64,000 bases of DNA, taken from the NCBI GenBank assembly GCA_036676985.1, contig JAKFBU010000077.1, positions 32,001 to 96,000 on the forward strand, given 5' to 3'. The position numbers and the translations under genes were made by a program. Positions 50,044 through 59,318 of the stretch are shown here, in pieces. This DNA comes from Candidatus Sericytochromatia bacterium. GTDB taxonomy: Bacteria > Cyanobacteriota > Sericytochromatia > S15B-MN24 > UBA4093. A model generated the notes under the pieces. It was not told the origin of the DNA. It was given only the letters and a program-made list of their open reading frames with translations, and did no database searches. The first letter of the stretch is position 1. The number at the start of each line of letters is the position of its first letter.

Positions 50044-51642
50044 ATGCAACAATGGCGCGTAGGCCTGCGAACCCAGATCATGCTCGCGTTCATGCTGACG
50101 CTCACCGTGATCCTGTCTCTGGCCTGCTGGCGGTTCTATTCCGTCGCGACGAGCGTTTCGCGTCAGCAGCTGCAAGAGCGCCTCATGTACGGTGCCAGCT
50201 TGGCGGCGCTGAGCGTTGATCACGCGCTGCACAGCCGGGTCACCTCGGAGCGGGAGCCCGCGTACCAGGACATCAAGCGGCAACTCATCCGAGCCCGAGC
50301 GGCGGCCCCGTATCTCAGGGACGTCTACACCTTGCGTCCCGTCAATGGGAAGCTCTGGGAATATCTCGTGGATGCCGAACGGGCGGATAGCCCCCTCTTT
50401 ACGCCCTTTGGGCATGAGTATCCCGTCGGAAACGAGATCGCGGTCCTGACGGAGGCCCTCACCAGACCGACCGCGACCAAGGAGCTCTACCGGGATGCGT
50501 ACGGGGTCTGGCTTTCGGGCTTTGCCCCCCTACCGGATGCCGCCGGCAAGCCTTACGCCGTCCTCGCCATCGATATCAGCGCCGAGAGCGTTCTCGCGCG
50601 AGAAGAGCAACTCAGGCGCCTGATCATGGGGATCTTCGTGCTCGGGCTCGGCTTGGCGGCGCTCATGAGCTACGTGCTGGCCCGCCTCCTCAACCGTCCC
50701 ATCGAACAGCTCGTCGCAGCCACGACGCTGGTGGGACAGGGAGACCTGGCCGTCCGCGTCCCCGAGCACCGCCAGGATGAACTGGGCCAGCTCGCGCGCT
50801 CCTTCAATCACATGCTCGGCGAGCTCGCCACGAAGCAACAGGAGCTCAAGGAACAGGAGCGCGTGCTCCAGGAACTTGCCACCGCCCGCAAGATCCAGCA
50901 GGCCATGCTGCCCTCGGCCGCACCCGAGTCCAAGACCCTCAACATCGATTTCTACGCCCAGTCGGCGAGCGAAGTGGGCGGCGATTACTTCGACTTTTTG
51001 CCGCTCGACGACCATCGCATGGCCATCGTCATCGGCGACGTCACGGGCCACGGGGTGCCCGCCGCGCTCCTGATGGCCATGGTCCGCAGCTGCCTGCACA
51101 CGCAGGTGCTCTCCAACCACCAGATTTCGGATGTCATGCGCGTGGCAAACCGTACGGTCTACCAGGGATCCTACGAGCGGCGCCTCATGACCTTCTTCTA
51201 CTCCATTCTCGATACCCGGACGGGTCATCTGCGCTTTGCCAACGCCGGTCACCTGCATCCCTACCTCTTCCGCTCCAAGGATGGCCGACTGGAGCAACTC
51301 GATTCCTCCGCCTATCCCTTGGGGGTCAAGGCCGCCAGCAACTACCGGGAACAGGAGCTGCAGCTCGCGGATGGGGACCTGATGGTCTTCTATTCCGACG
51401 GGATCATCGAGGCCATGAACCCTGAGGGCGAGGAGTTCGGCTTCGAGCGCATGGAGGCGGCGATCGCCCGCCATGGTCACCGCTCCGCCAGCGAGATCGT
51501 CACCGCCCTGCTGCTCGACTGGAAGGGCTTCACCCAGGGCGGCGAGCGTCCCCCCGAGGACGACGTCACCGTGGTGGCCGTCAAATTCCAGACCGGCGGC
51601 ACGAATCCGGAGCCTGGAGCCGTCGCAACGCTCGAGGTCTAA
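50044..51642 (+). CDS. Membrane PP2C/SpoIIE (RsbU-like) phosphatase with HAMP
   Basis: DELGQLARSFNHM, ARKIQQAMLP, VGGDYFD, GDVTGHG, NAGH, YSDGIIE, DDVT. Confidence 0.92.
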   Translation: MQQWRVGLRTQIMLAFMLTLTVILSLACWRFYSVATSVSRQQLQERLMYGASLAALSVDHALHSRVTSEREPAYQDIKRQLIRARAAAPYLRDVYTLRPVNGKLWEYLVDAERADSPLFTPFGHEYPVGNEIAVLTEALTRPTATKELYRDAYGVWLSGFAPLPDAAGKPYAVLAIDISAESVLAREEQLRRLIMGIFVLGLGLAALMSYVLARLLNRPIEQLVAATTLVGQGDLAVRVPEHRQDELGQLARSFNHMLGELATKQQELKEQERVLQELATARKIQQAMLPSAAPESKTLNIDFYAQSASEVGGDYFDFLPLDDHRMAIVIGDVTGHGVPAALLMAMVRSCLHTQVLSNHQISDVMRVANRTVYQGSYERRLMTFFYSILDTRTGHLRFANAGHLHPYLFRSKDGRLEQLDSSAYPLGVKAASNYREQELQLADGDLMVFYSDGIIEAMNPEGEEFGFERMEAAIARHGHRSASEIVTALLLDWKGFTQGGERPPEDDVTVVAVKFQTGGTNPEPGAVATLEV

Positions 51643-51741
51643 GGTGAGGGTTGCCGTCGCCCCGGAGGCGGGGCGCTCCGCGCGTGTGACATAATTGGAA
51701 GAGCGAGCCTGTTGGCCTCGTTTTTCTGAGGATGGCCCTGG

Positions 51742-53796
51742 ATGCGGCTGCTGACGACGCGAAGCATCAAACACAAGATCACGCTACGGGTCGGGATGGC
51801 CGTTGCGGTCGTCCTGGCCGTCCTGATCGGATTCGTGAGCGCGACGGTCCGCCAGGCCCAGATCGAATCGACCAAGCAGCGCGGACGCATCCTGGTCGCG
51901 GACATGGCCCAGCAAATCGAGGCCTTCAACCGGGAAGGGCTGGTCATTGCCAAGACGATGGCGGTCTTCCAGGAATCCGGGGCCTTCGGGAACCGGGAGG
52001 CCACCCTTCGCTTCCTGCATGACCTGATCCAGTCTCGTCCCGAGTATTTCGGCACCTGGACCCTCTATGCGCGGAACGCGGACGGTCAGGATGCCGGGTG
52101 GATCGGCCGCCCCGGATCGCACTCCCGCACCGGGCAATTCCTCGCCTTTTGGAACCCGACCTCCACGGGCCGCAAGCTGGGGGCGGCAGAAGACATCACG
52201 GAAGCGGAGGACTCCTTCGGCATCTGGGCGATGGCGCGACGGCCGCCCCATTCGTTCATCATGGAGCCCTACCTCTACAACGAGGAGCTCCAGACCTCGT
52301 ACGGTCAGGCTTTCTGGATCGACGGCACCATCAAGGGGGTTGCGGGCATCGATCGCAGCCTGCGGAAGCTTCGCCTACAACTCGCTGCCGAGAAGCCGTA
52401 CCGAACCGCCGTCTTCGTCCTGATCAGCCCCTCGGGCCGCTACATCGTGGCGCCGGATGCGACGCTCCAGACCCAGCCGATCTCCCGGTTCCCTGAGCAA
52501 TGGGCGGTCTTCGAGGGGCTGCCCGGGGCTCGCACCCAGGGGTTTCAGGTCGTGACCAACCCCTTCACGGGGCATGAGAGCTGGATGTTCCATGCCCCGG
52601 TGGTGGCCGGGAACTGGACCCTCGCCATGCTGGTCGACCAGGCCGAGGTTCTCTCCCCGGTCAACCGCCTGGTGGGCATTATCCTGGGGCTCGGTCTGGT
52701 GGGGCTCGTTCTGGTGTCCCTGCTCCTGTACGGCTTGATCGCCAGGGCCGTCTCTCCCATGGATCGCCTGGTAAAGGCTTGCGAAGCGACGGCGCAGGGG
52801 GATCTGGACACGGTGCAGGCCCTCGTGCCGGGTGTCGCGTCGCGCGACGGGGACGAGTTCGACCGGATGGCGGCAGCCTTCCGCCATGCGGTCCACTACC
52901 TCACGTCCATGGCCGAGCGGCTGGAGCAGGTCGCGCGCGGCGATCTGAGCGTCCGCATCACTCCCTTCAGCGACCGCGATCGGTTCGGCAAGGCGCTGGC
53001 TCGATACGTGGTGATGATCGCGGACACCATTACCCAGCTCAATCGAGCCAAGGAGCAGCTGCACGAGAGCAATGAGCGGCTCCAGGATCTCGATCGCCTC
53101 AAGACCGACTTCGTCAACGCGGTCAGCCACGACCTGCGGACCCCGCTCACCTCGATCAAGGGGTATACGGAGTTTCTCGAGGACGAGCTGGGTGGTCCCC
53201 TGACTGCCCAGCAGGCGGACTACGTGTCGCAGATCGCCAAGAGCACCAGCCGTCTCGAGCATCTGGTCGACGACCTGCTGGACGTCGCGCGGGTCGAGGC
53301 GGGAACGCTCCAGCTGAGGTTCGAGGACGTCGATCTGGCTGCGATTGTCCGGGAAGTCATCGATAGCTTGCTCCCCCAGGCACAGGCGGCCCGCCTCACC
53401 CTCGAGGCCAGCCTGCCCGACGAGCCCTTGCGGGTACGCTGCGACGCCTCGCGGATCGAGCGGGTCTTGATCAACCTGGTGAACAACGCCGTCAAGTTCA
53501 CGCCTGAAGGCGGCAGCATCCTGGTCAGCGCTCGGCTCGACGGGGAGGTCGTGCGGTGTGAGGTCGCGGACAACGGCATCGGGATCGCGCCTGAAGACGT
53601 TCCCAAGCTCTTCCAGCGCTTTGGCCAGCTCAAGAGCGGTTCCGCAAAAGGCGGCACGGGCCTTGGTCTAAGCATCTCCAAGGCCATCGTCGAGGCTCAT
53701 CAGGGAGCCATCGGGGTCGACAGCGAGGCCGGACGGGGCAGCACCTTCTGGTTCACGCTGCCCCGAGGGAATGACATGAAAGGGGATCTGGCCTGA
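51742..53796 (+). CDS. Membrane sensor histidine kinase (dCache-HAMP-HisKA-HATPase)
   Basis: Two TM, IMEPYLY, GVAGID, SHDLRTPL, NLVNNAVKF, GTGLGL. Confidence 0.92.
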   Translation: MRLLTTRSIKHKITLRVGMAVAVVLAVLIGFVSATVRQAQIESTKQRGRILVADMAQQIEAFNREGLVIAKTMAVFQESGAFGNREATLRFLHDLIQSRPEYFGTWTLYARNADGQDAGWIGRPGSHSRTGQFLAFWNPTSTGRKLGAAEDITEAEDSFGIWAMARRPPHSFIMEPYLYNEELQTSYGQAFWIDGTIKGVAGIDRSLRKLRLQLAAEKPYRTAVFVLISPSGRYIVAPDATLQTQPISRFPEQWAVFEGLPGARTQGFQVVTNPFTGHESWMFHAPVVAGNWTLAMLVDQAEVLSPVNRLVGIILGLGLVGLVLVSLLLYGLIARAVSPMDRLVKACEATAQGDLDTVQALVPGVASRDGDEFDRMAAAFRHAVHYLTSMAERLEQVARGDLSVRITPFSDRDRFGKALARYVVMIADTITQLNRAKEQLHESNERLQDLDRLKTDFVNAVSHDLRTPLTSIKGYTEFLEDELGGPLTAQQADYVSQIAKSTSRLEHLVDDLLDVARVEAGTLQLRFEDVDLAAIVREVIDSLLPQAQAARLTLEASLPDEPLRVRCDASRIERVLINLVNNAVKFTPEGGSILVSARLDGEVVRCEVADNGIGIAPEDVPKLFQRFGQLKSGSAKGGTGLGLSISKAIVEAHQGAIGVDSEAGRGSTFWFTLPRGNDMKGDLA

Positions 53797-53813
53797 GCTT
53801 GGGCCGGGTCGGC

Positions 53814-54308
53814 TCAGCGCTTCTGGATGGGGTATCCTTTGGCCACCCAGTCCGCCTCGAAGCTCTTGGGAAGGAACAGGACCTTGATGCGCTCGCCGCG
53901 ACGGGAGTTGGCCTGCGTAAATGCGGGCTGGATGAAGGGGCACATGTCAAACGAACAGCAGCCGCAATAGAGCACGATGTCCCGATCCTGGGGCAATTGC
54001 TCGAGGTCTTTCTGGAAGGCGGCCTTGGTCTCGGGAGTGTTCACGCCCTGGAAATGGAGGGCCCCGGGCACGTGGCTGTCCTCATAGAGGGACTGGACGC
54101 CCACATGCACGACGATGGGCGGTTTCGGGCCTTTGAGGTCGCGCGCTAACTGTTCGGGGGTCACGAACCCGCTCTGGTGGGCGTTCTCCATGTGCTGGCT
54201 GTCACTCGCGGCACGAGGAGCGTCGGGCAGAGGCGAAGCAAGCGTCCCGGCAGGCACCAGGGCCCAGCCCAGGGCGGCGATCGCAGCGGCAACGATGAGG
54301 TGGTGCAT
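53814..54308 (-). CDS. Exported rhodanese-like domain protein
   Basis: Signal peptide, SHVPGA, IVLYCGCC, W...GYP; ATG 54308 after AGGAGG. Confidence 0.8.
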   Translation of the reverse strand: MHHLIVAAAIAALGWALVPAGTLASPLPDAPRAASDSQHMENAHQSGFVTPEQLARDLKGPKPPIVVHVGVQSLYEDSHVPGALHFQGVNTPETKAAFQKDLEQLPQDRDIVLYCGCCSFDMCPFIQPAFTQANSRRGERIKVLFLPKSFEADWVAKGYPIQKR

Positions 54309-54698
54309 GGCTTTCTTCTCCTCCTGTTTCGAGAAGCGGCGGAAGGGAGGGCGCGGAGGACTCTGGCCCGCTCTAGGAATGCTTGATCGGTGCAGCACCT
54401 TGTGCCCGCCGGGCGTTGGGATGAATCAGTCGGCTCTCGGGCGTACCCTAAGCCGATCAGGGGCACATCAGGACCCGTCTTACCCTTACCCGGGCTGAGC
54501 GTTCCTACAACTTAGAGACTTCTTAGCGACTCAATCGCCGATCATGGTCCAAGGGCAAGTCCCCGAATATGGTGTCGCTCGGCCCATAGCCTTTCCTGCC
54601 TTCCTGCTTTCTCCACCCCACGCGGGCGCCCCGCGCGCCGAATCGCAGTATAATGAGCAACAGACCGTCATCCGACCGAGAACGCTGAGAGGATCCCC

Positions 54699-55835
54699 TT
54701 GCCCACTTTCGAAGAACTGTCGATTCCTGCCGCTCTGCTCGAGAAGCTGCAAAAGCAGCAGATCACGGAGCCGACCGAGGTTCAACAGGCCGCTATCCCG
54801 GCGATCCTCGCTGGCAGGGACGTCATCGTTCACTCCCAGACCGGAACGGGCAAGACGCTGGCGTACCTGCTCCCCCTCCTCACGCGGTTGGATCCGGCTG
54901 CTACGAGCCTCCAGGCGGTGATCGTGGTGCCCACCCGCGAGCTCGGGATGCAGATCTTCCGCGAGATCAACCAGCTGACCGACGGCGGACCGCTCTTCGC
55001 ACAGCAGTTGATTGGCGGCGCGAACGTCCGGCACCAGATTGAACGCCTCAAGAAGCGGCCGCCCATCGTGGTGGGGACACCAGGCCGCATCGCCGAGCTC
55101 ATCACCGCCGGCAAGCTGAACACCCACACCGTCAAGACGCTCGTGGTCGACGAGATCGACCAGGTCCTCGCGCCGGCCTTCAAGAACGAGCTGATTCGGA
55201 TCCTCAAGGCCATTTCTCGCGATCGCCAGACGATCTTCGTCTCCGCCACCATTCCGGCGGCCGTCGAAGAGGTCTCCCAGCGCTGGATGAAGGAGCCCCT
55301 CCACGTTCAGGTGGCGGCCACCCTCAAGCTGCCGGAGACCCTCACCCATTCCTACTTGATCGCCGAACGGGACAAGACCGATGCCCTACGGCGTCTCCTG
55401 CATGCCCAGTCGCCGAAGGCCGCGATCGCCTTCGTCAACGAGGGCCGGCGTGTTTCGGATCTCGTGAGCAAGCTCTCGTACAAGGGCCTTGCGGTCGCGG
55501 CCCTGCACGGCCAGGCCCGCAAGGAGGAGCGGAGCGTCCTCCTCAAGGGGTTCCGCGAGGGCAAGTTCCAGCTGCTCCTTGCGACCGAGCTAGCGGCCCG
55601 GGGGCTCGACATCAAGGGCCTGACCCACGTCTACAACCTGGATCTGCCGACGGATGCCGAGCACTACATTCACCGGGCGGGCCGCACCGGGCGCGCGGGG
55701 GTGGCCGGCACCGTCGTGTCGATCGTCGCTCCCGGCGAGCGCTTCGTCATCGAAAAATTCGCAAAGGCGCTCGGGCAGGAGATTCGAGAGATCGAGCTCT
55801 CCCATGGGAAGGCCTGGGACCGCAGCACGACCTAA
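54699..55835 (+). CDS. DEAD-box RNA helicase
   Basis: Q motif, SQTGTGKT, PTREL, TPGR, DEID, SAT, ARGLD, HRAGRTGR. Confidence 0.93.
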   Translation: MPTFEELSIPAALLEKLQKQQITEPTEVQQAAIPAILAGRDVIVHSQTGTGKTLAYLLPLLTRLDPAATSLQAVIVVPTRELGMQIFREINQLTDGGPLFAQQLIGGANVRHQIERLKKRPPIVVGTPGRIAELITAGKLNTHTVKTLVVDEIDQVLAPAFKNELIRILKAISRDRQTIFVSATIPAAVEEVSQRWMKEPLHVQVAATLKLPETLTHSYLIAERDKTDALRRLLHAQSPKAAIAFVNEGRRVSDLVSKLSYKGLAVAALHGQARKEERSVLLKGFREGKFQLLLATELAARGLDIKGLTHVYNLDLPTDAEHYIHRAGRTGRAGVAGTVVSIVAPGERFVIEKFAKALGQEIREIELSHGKAWDRSTT

Positions 55836-55983
55836 GGGCTCGATGGCCGCCAGCCCGAGAAGGGGCAAGCCTTGGCCCCGGGCGACGTCGCGATCGCTCT
55901 TGGGCTAGGCCGAGAGCTAGATTGTCAGGTTTCAAGGGGATCTGACGCACGTGGTCGTGTGTCTGGGGGCTAAATCCCGAGCC

Positions 55984-56706
55984 TCACGGCTTGCGCAGGA
56001 CCGCCTCGGCAACCGCGTCCCCGGTAGCGTAGGCATGCTGCTCGACAGGTTGAGCGCGGTACGCTCGGACCCCCTTGGAGGGGGTGGCGTAATCGAAGAA
56101 GTTGTCGTACCAGGTGGTGGCGATGGCCGCATAGGGATCGGCAGGGTCCAGCTTCTTCCTGGACGCTGCATCCCCTTTCTCCCACTGCATGGCATGGGTC
56201 TGCTCGTGAACCACCGTGTTCAGGAACTCGGCCGCGCTGACCATCGACTTCGGACCGATGGTGATGGGCTGGTTGGAACCCGCCGTGAAGCCACCGCGAT
56301 AGGGCCCCTCCTCGAGGCCTAGCGGTCTTGGGCGGAAGCCGTAGATTCCCCCCTGGATAGTAGAAATGCGTTCGCCGAGCTGCATTCGAAGGTCCTGCGG
56401 GAGGCGGGGCCATGAGCGTAGCCCCTTCATCACCGCCTCATCCTGAAGCAGCGTCTGGATCAGGGCCTCACGGCACGCAAGGTCGCGGGTCTGCCAGTCC
56501 TTCGAGGGCGGCACGCTGGGCAGGGGTGGAATCGGACCTGCCAGCTTGGCCTTGAGCTGTTCCAGCTGGCCGACTTGAGTACTCAGGCCAAGGCGATCGC
56601 CAGCTAGGACCGGCCTGGGCTCGGAGGGGGCAGGCGACTTGGTGGTCGCAGCTCGCCTGGGAGCGCTGGTTGAGCCAGCATTGCTTTGCTTGATAGTTGT
56701 GCTCAA
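55984..56706 (-). CDS. Hypothetical HExxH (zincin-like) protein
   Basis: VVHEQTHAMQ and Y..QPVEQHA; low-complexity N-terminus; TTG 56706 after GGGAGGA (ATG 56727 is an alternative start). Confidence 0.65.
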   Translation of the reverse strand: MSTTIKQSNAGSTSAPRRAATTKSPAPSEPRPVLAGDRLGLSTQVGQLEQLKAKLAGPIPPLPSVPPSKDWQTRDLACREALIQTLLQDEAVMKGLRSWPRLPQDLRMQLGERISTIQGGIYGFRPRPLGLEEGPYRGGFTAGSNQPITIGPKSMVSAAEFLNTVVHEQTHAMQWEKGDAASRKKLDPADPYAAIATTWYDNFFDYATPSKGVRAYRAQPVEQHAYATGDAVAEAVLRKP

Positions 56707-56968
56707 GCGATCCTCCCAGGTCAACATGGGCCATGGGGTGCATGGACGGGATGGGGGCGGGTTGGTCCTTAGGACTCCTATACCCCTGCTTGATGCTTAT
56801 GTTACCGGCGTGACAAGGCTTCTCTGACCCGGGCACCCAGAGGGAGTCGGCAGTGCCGCTTTCCTGGGGGCGGTTGACTTCTGACTCGCTATGGCTTAAT
56901 TACTGTCAAATTTCCATTAGCTTTTATTAAGGCAGAGACGTCGAAGCTTCGAATCACAAGGAGATTGA

Positions 56969-57739
56969 ATGCGAACAAACCGCGGAATCATCGCTGCCAT
57001 CATGCTGTTGTCTATCGTTTTTATGGGGCTCGACTGGAGCCGCTTGATACTCCATCCGGCAGATTTGGAAGTCTCTCCCCTCTCCAATGCCATGAAAGTC
57101 TGTGTCTCTTTCCTGGCGACGGTGGTCGCCTGGCGAGCCCGAAACCACGGCTTCTCCAGTGGCGATGAAGCGGCTTTCCGGATCCTTTTTTCCCTCGTGT
57201 TCGTTGCCGACGTTTGCTTCGTAGTGGGCCTGGCCCCCGTGGGCATCGTCTTGTTCGCCATTTTTCAGGGGTTGCTGGCAAAGCGAAACCTGACGGGATG
57301 GCAAGAGGCTAAGGCCGCCCTCACCAGAGACTCGGCCGCGCTGGGCGGTGTGGCGTTGGGCGTCGCAGCTTCTCTCGGGGGAACGCTTTTTGGGATCTAT
57401 CACTTGCAGGGGGTCACGCCCTTGCTGTTTGTGATCGCCGTCTACGTGACCTTCTTGTGGGCCTCCGTCGTGTCGGCCTGGGCATCGCGCGCCATTGGTC
57501 ATTTTCCCCGCCGGAACGCGGGCATGATGGCGCTGGGGATGTCCCTCTTCTTGTTGTGTGACATCACGGTCGCCGGTAACTTGGCCCTGCCGCCGGACAG
57601 CATGATGCGTGTCGTGACGTCGAGTTTGACCTGGATGTTCTATGCACCGGCATTGGTCCTGATTGCGCTTTCCGCCTGGCGAAATCCGGTAAGCTCCGTC
57701 CCTCAGGACATTCGGCAGACGGTCGATTCCGTGAACTAA
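56969..57739 (+). CDS. YhhN/lysoplasmalogenase-like membrane protein
   Basis: Multi-TM, ADVCF, GMSLFLLCDITV, WMFYAPA; AAGGAG RBS. Confidence 0.7.
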   Translation: MRTNRGIIAAIMLLSIVFMGLDWSRLILHPADLEVSPLSNAMKVCVSFLATVVAWRARNHGFSSGDEAAFRILFSLVFVADVCFVVGLAPVGIVLFAIFQGLLAKRNLTGWQEAKAALTRDSAALGGVALGVAASLGGTLFGIYHLQGVTPLLFVIAVYVTFLWASVVSAWASRAIGHFPRRNAGMMALGMSLFLLCDITVAGNLALPPDSMMRVVTSSLTWMFYAPALVLIALSAWRNPVSSVPQDIRQTVDSVN

Positions 57740-57853
57740 GGTTGGACGGACCTGACGTCCGATATCCGGGTCAATAATTGCTTGGGTAGTCATCCGAAAT
57801 AGGCGTTTGTTCGAGTCTTTCCCGGGCCTGCCTATTAACAGGAGAAACAATCA

Positions 57854-57914
57854 GCCCCTCGTCTGCATATGAGGCGAGGGGCCTTTAGCGCGCCTGGCGA
57901 GACGACTATCGAAC
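57854..57914 (-). repeat. att-like junction 1: tRNA-Arg-like 3' fragment plus terminator hairpin
   Basis: Core 57885-57914 TTAGCGCGCCTGGCGAGACGACTATCGAAC; hairpin 57854-57882. Confidence 0.85.
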
Positions 57915-58049
57915 TTTCGTAACCGGGAATGGACCCATTAATCGGCCCGACACCTGAGCCTGGGCCCTTTGGGGGCATGTCATGTTGGTTGTCGCTTTCT
58001 GACACGGACACTTATTGCTAGAGTTTGCCTGAAAGGAGGACTAACGACA

Positions 58050-58328
58050 GTGCTTTCGAAAATCAAGCTTTCGCTCACCAGAATTGCCGTAGCTCTTTCT
58101 CTTATTTTCGCGATGAGTTTGCCAAGCGATGCGGGCAGAGGCTGTTGCTCCTGGCATGGAGGCGTGGCGGGATGCGACGAAACGGTTGGCCGCCTTGTGT
58201 GTAATGATGGGACATACTCTCCGAGCTGCACATGCGTGCGTAGTCTCCCTACGCCTGCGCCAGAACCTACGCTTACGCCAGAGCCAATCCCTATGCCAAC
58301 ATCCGAAGACGAAGTGAGCAATCGGTAG
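58050..58328 (+). CDS. Small secreted Cys-rich protein (RGCCSWHGGV motif)
   Basis: AAAGGAGG RBS, GTG start, signal peptide, GCCSWHGGVAGC..CNDG..SPSCTC, Pro/Thr tail. Confidence 0.75.
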   Translation: MLSKIKLSLTRIAVALSLIFAMSLPSDAGRGCCSWHGGVAGCDETVGRLVCNDGTYSPSCTCVRSLPTPAPEPTLTPEPIPMPTSEDEVSNR

Positions 58329-58414
58329 ACACCGCATTTGCATCAATTAATCGGTTATCCTCTATATCGGTCAAGGATTAGCCTCAAAGGGAATATCTGC
58401 ATGGATGAAAAAGT

Positions 58415-58476
58415 GACCCCCCGCCTGCATTTGAGGCGAGGGGTCGTTAGCGCGCCTGGCGAGACGACTATCGAAC
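58415..58476 (-). repeat. att-like junction 2
   Basis: Identical 30-bp core 58447-58476; hairpin 58415-58445 with a T-tract on the minus strand. Confidence 0.85.
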
Positions 58477-58489
58477 TAACGTCTGCGCG

Positions 58490-58996
58490 TTATTGCGCCT
58501 GAAGCGTTACGTCTGAATTCCACAGATACTGAGCTTTTTGACCTGTTCCGCGCCGCCCGATCGTGCGGATGATCTCATCGCTGGCGAGGCCCAGTGAATG
58601 CAGTATTTCCCTGGCCCGGCTGATGGTGGGGTAAATCGAGGACGGGGACATGCCAGGGATTCCAACTTCGATGTCCTTAAGGGAGAGCGGGGTGCCTGCG
58701 TGTCGATAGAGTAGCCGAATGAGGTCCTCGACGCGGGGCGGGAGTAGGGCCCGCTTGCTTTTGTAACGCAAGGTGCCGGTAGTCAGCAGCAGGTCGCCTT
58801 CGCTTTTGGGAAGGGGAATGGGTGACGCCGTTGCCTCGGTGGCGATACGCTGAGTGTTGGGTCGGTCGTGCCCTGTCATGAGGCTTAGGGCCTGCTTGTA
58901 GGCAGCCACCCAGCCAAGGAATTGTTCCGGGGTCTGGTTCTGCTCCATGGCCTTTAGTAGGAGGTGCTCGATTACCTCTTCCGGTGTTGTGCCCAT
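58490..58996 (-). CDS. Winged-helix (OmpR C-terminal-like) DNA-binding protein
   Basis: LPPRVEDLIRLL..AGTPLSLKDI..SIYPTISRAREIL..IIRTIG; ATG 58996 after GGGAGG. Confidence 0.65.
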   Translation of the reverse strand: MGTTPEEVIEHLLLKAMEQNQTPEQFLGWVAAYKQALSLMTGHDRPNTQRIATEATASPIPLPKSEGDLLLTTGTLRYKSKRALLPPRVEDLIRLLYRHAGTPLSLKDIEVGIPGMSPSSIYPTISRAREILHSLGLASDEIIRTIGRRGTGQKAQYLWNSDVTLQAQ

Positions 58997-59241
58997 TGGC
59001 TTCCTCCCTCTGTTCAGCATCCACCCTGTTGCCACTATACACGACTAGCAAAGACTTAACACGTCTTGCTGGATACTTTTGTTCGCGACTACTGAGGTGG
59101 CAAGCGTTCTCGATATCATCTGTCGTGCTGATTTTCGGAGTTGACCATAGGGCGAATGCATGATGAGGCTTGGCGTAACTACCAAGTTGACCAAGGTTTC
59201 GCATGATCGACGGGCTCAGTCTCCAGTATGGACGCCGACGT

Positions 59242-59271
59242 AATCCAAGGATAATGTGCTATTCTTGGATT
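59242..59271. promoter_or_regulatory. Inverted-repeat operator upstream of the Fic gene
   Basis: AATCCAAGGATA-N6-TATTCTTGGATT (11 of 12 positions symmetric). Confidence 0.55.
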
Positions 59272-59318
59272 CTAAGGGGCGAGGTCCAAGGTATCCAGAC
59301 GAAACGCAGGAGGTGACA

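Noticed and set aside
57885-57914. Intact tRNA gene at any of the three repeats
   Set aside because: Only the 3' strands of the T-stem and acceptor stem are present; upstream sequence differs between copies and lacks a GCGCCTG 5' strand, D arm and anticodon arm.
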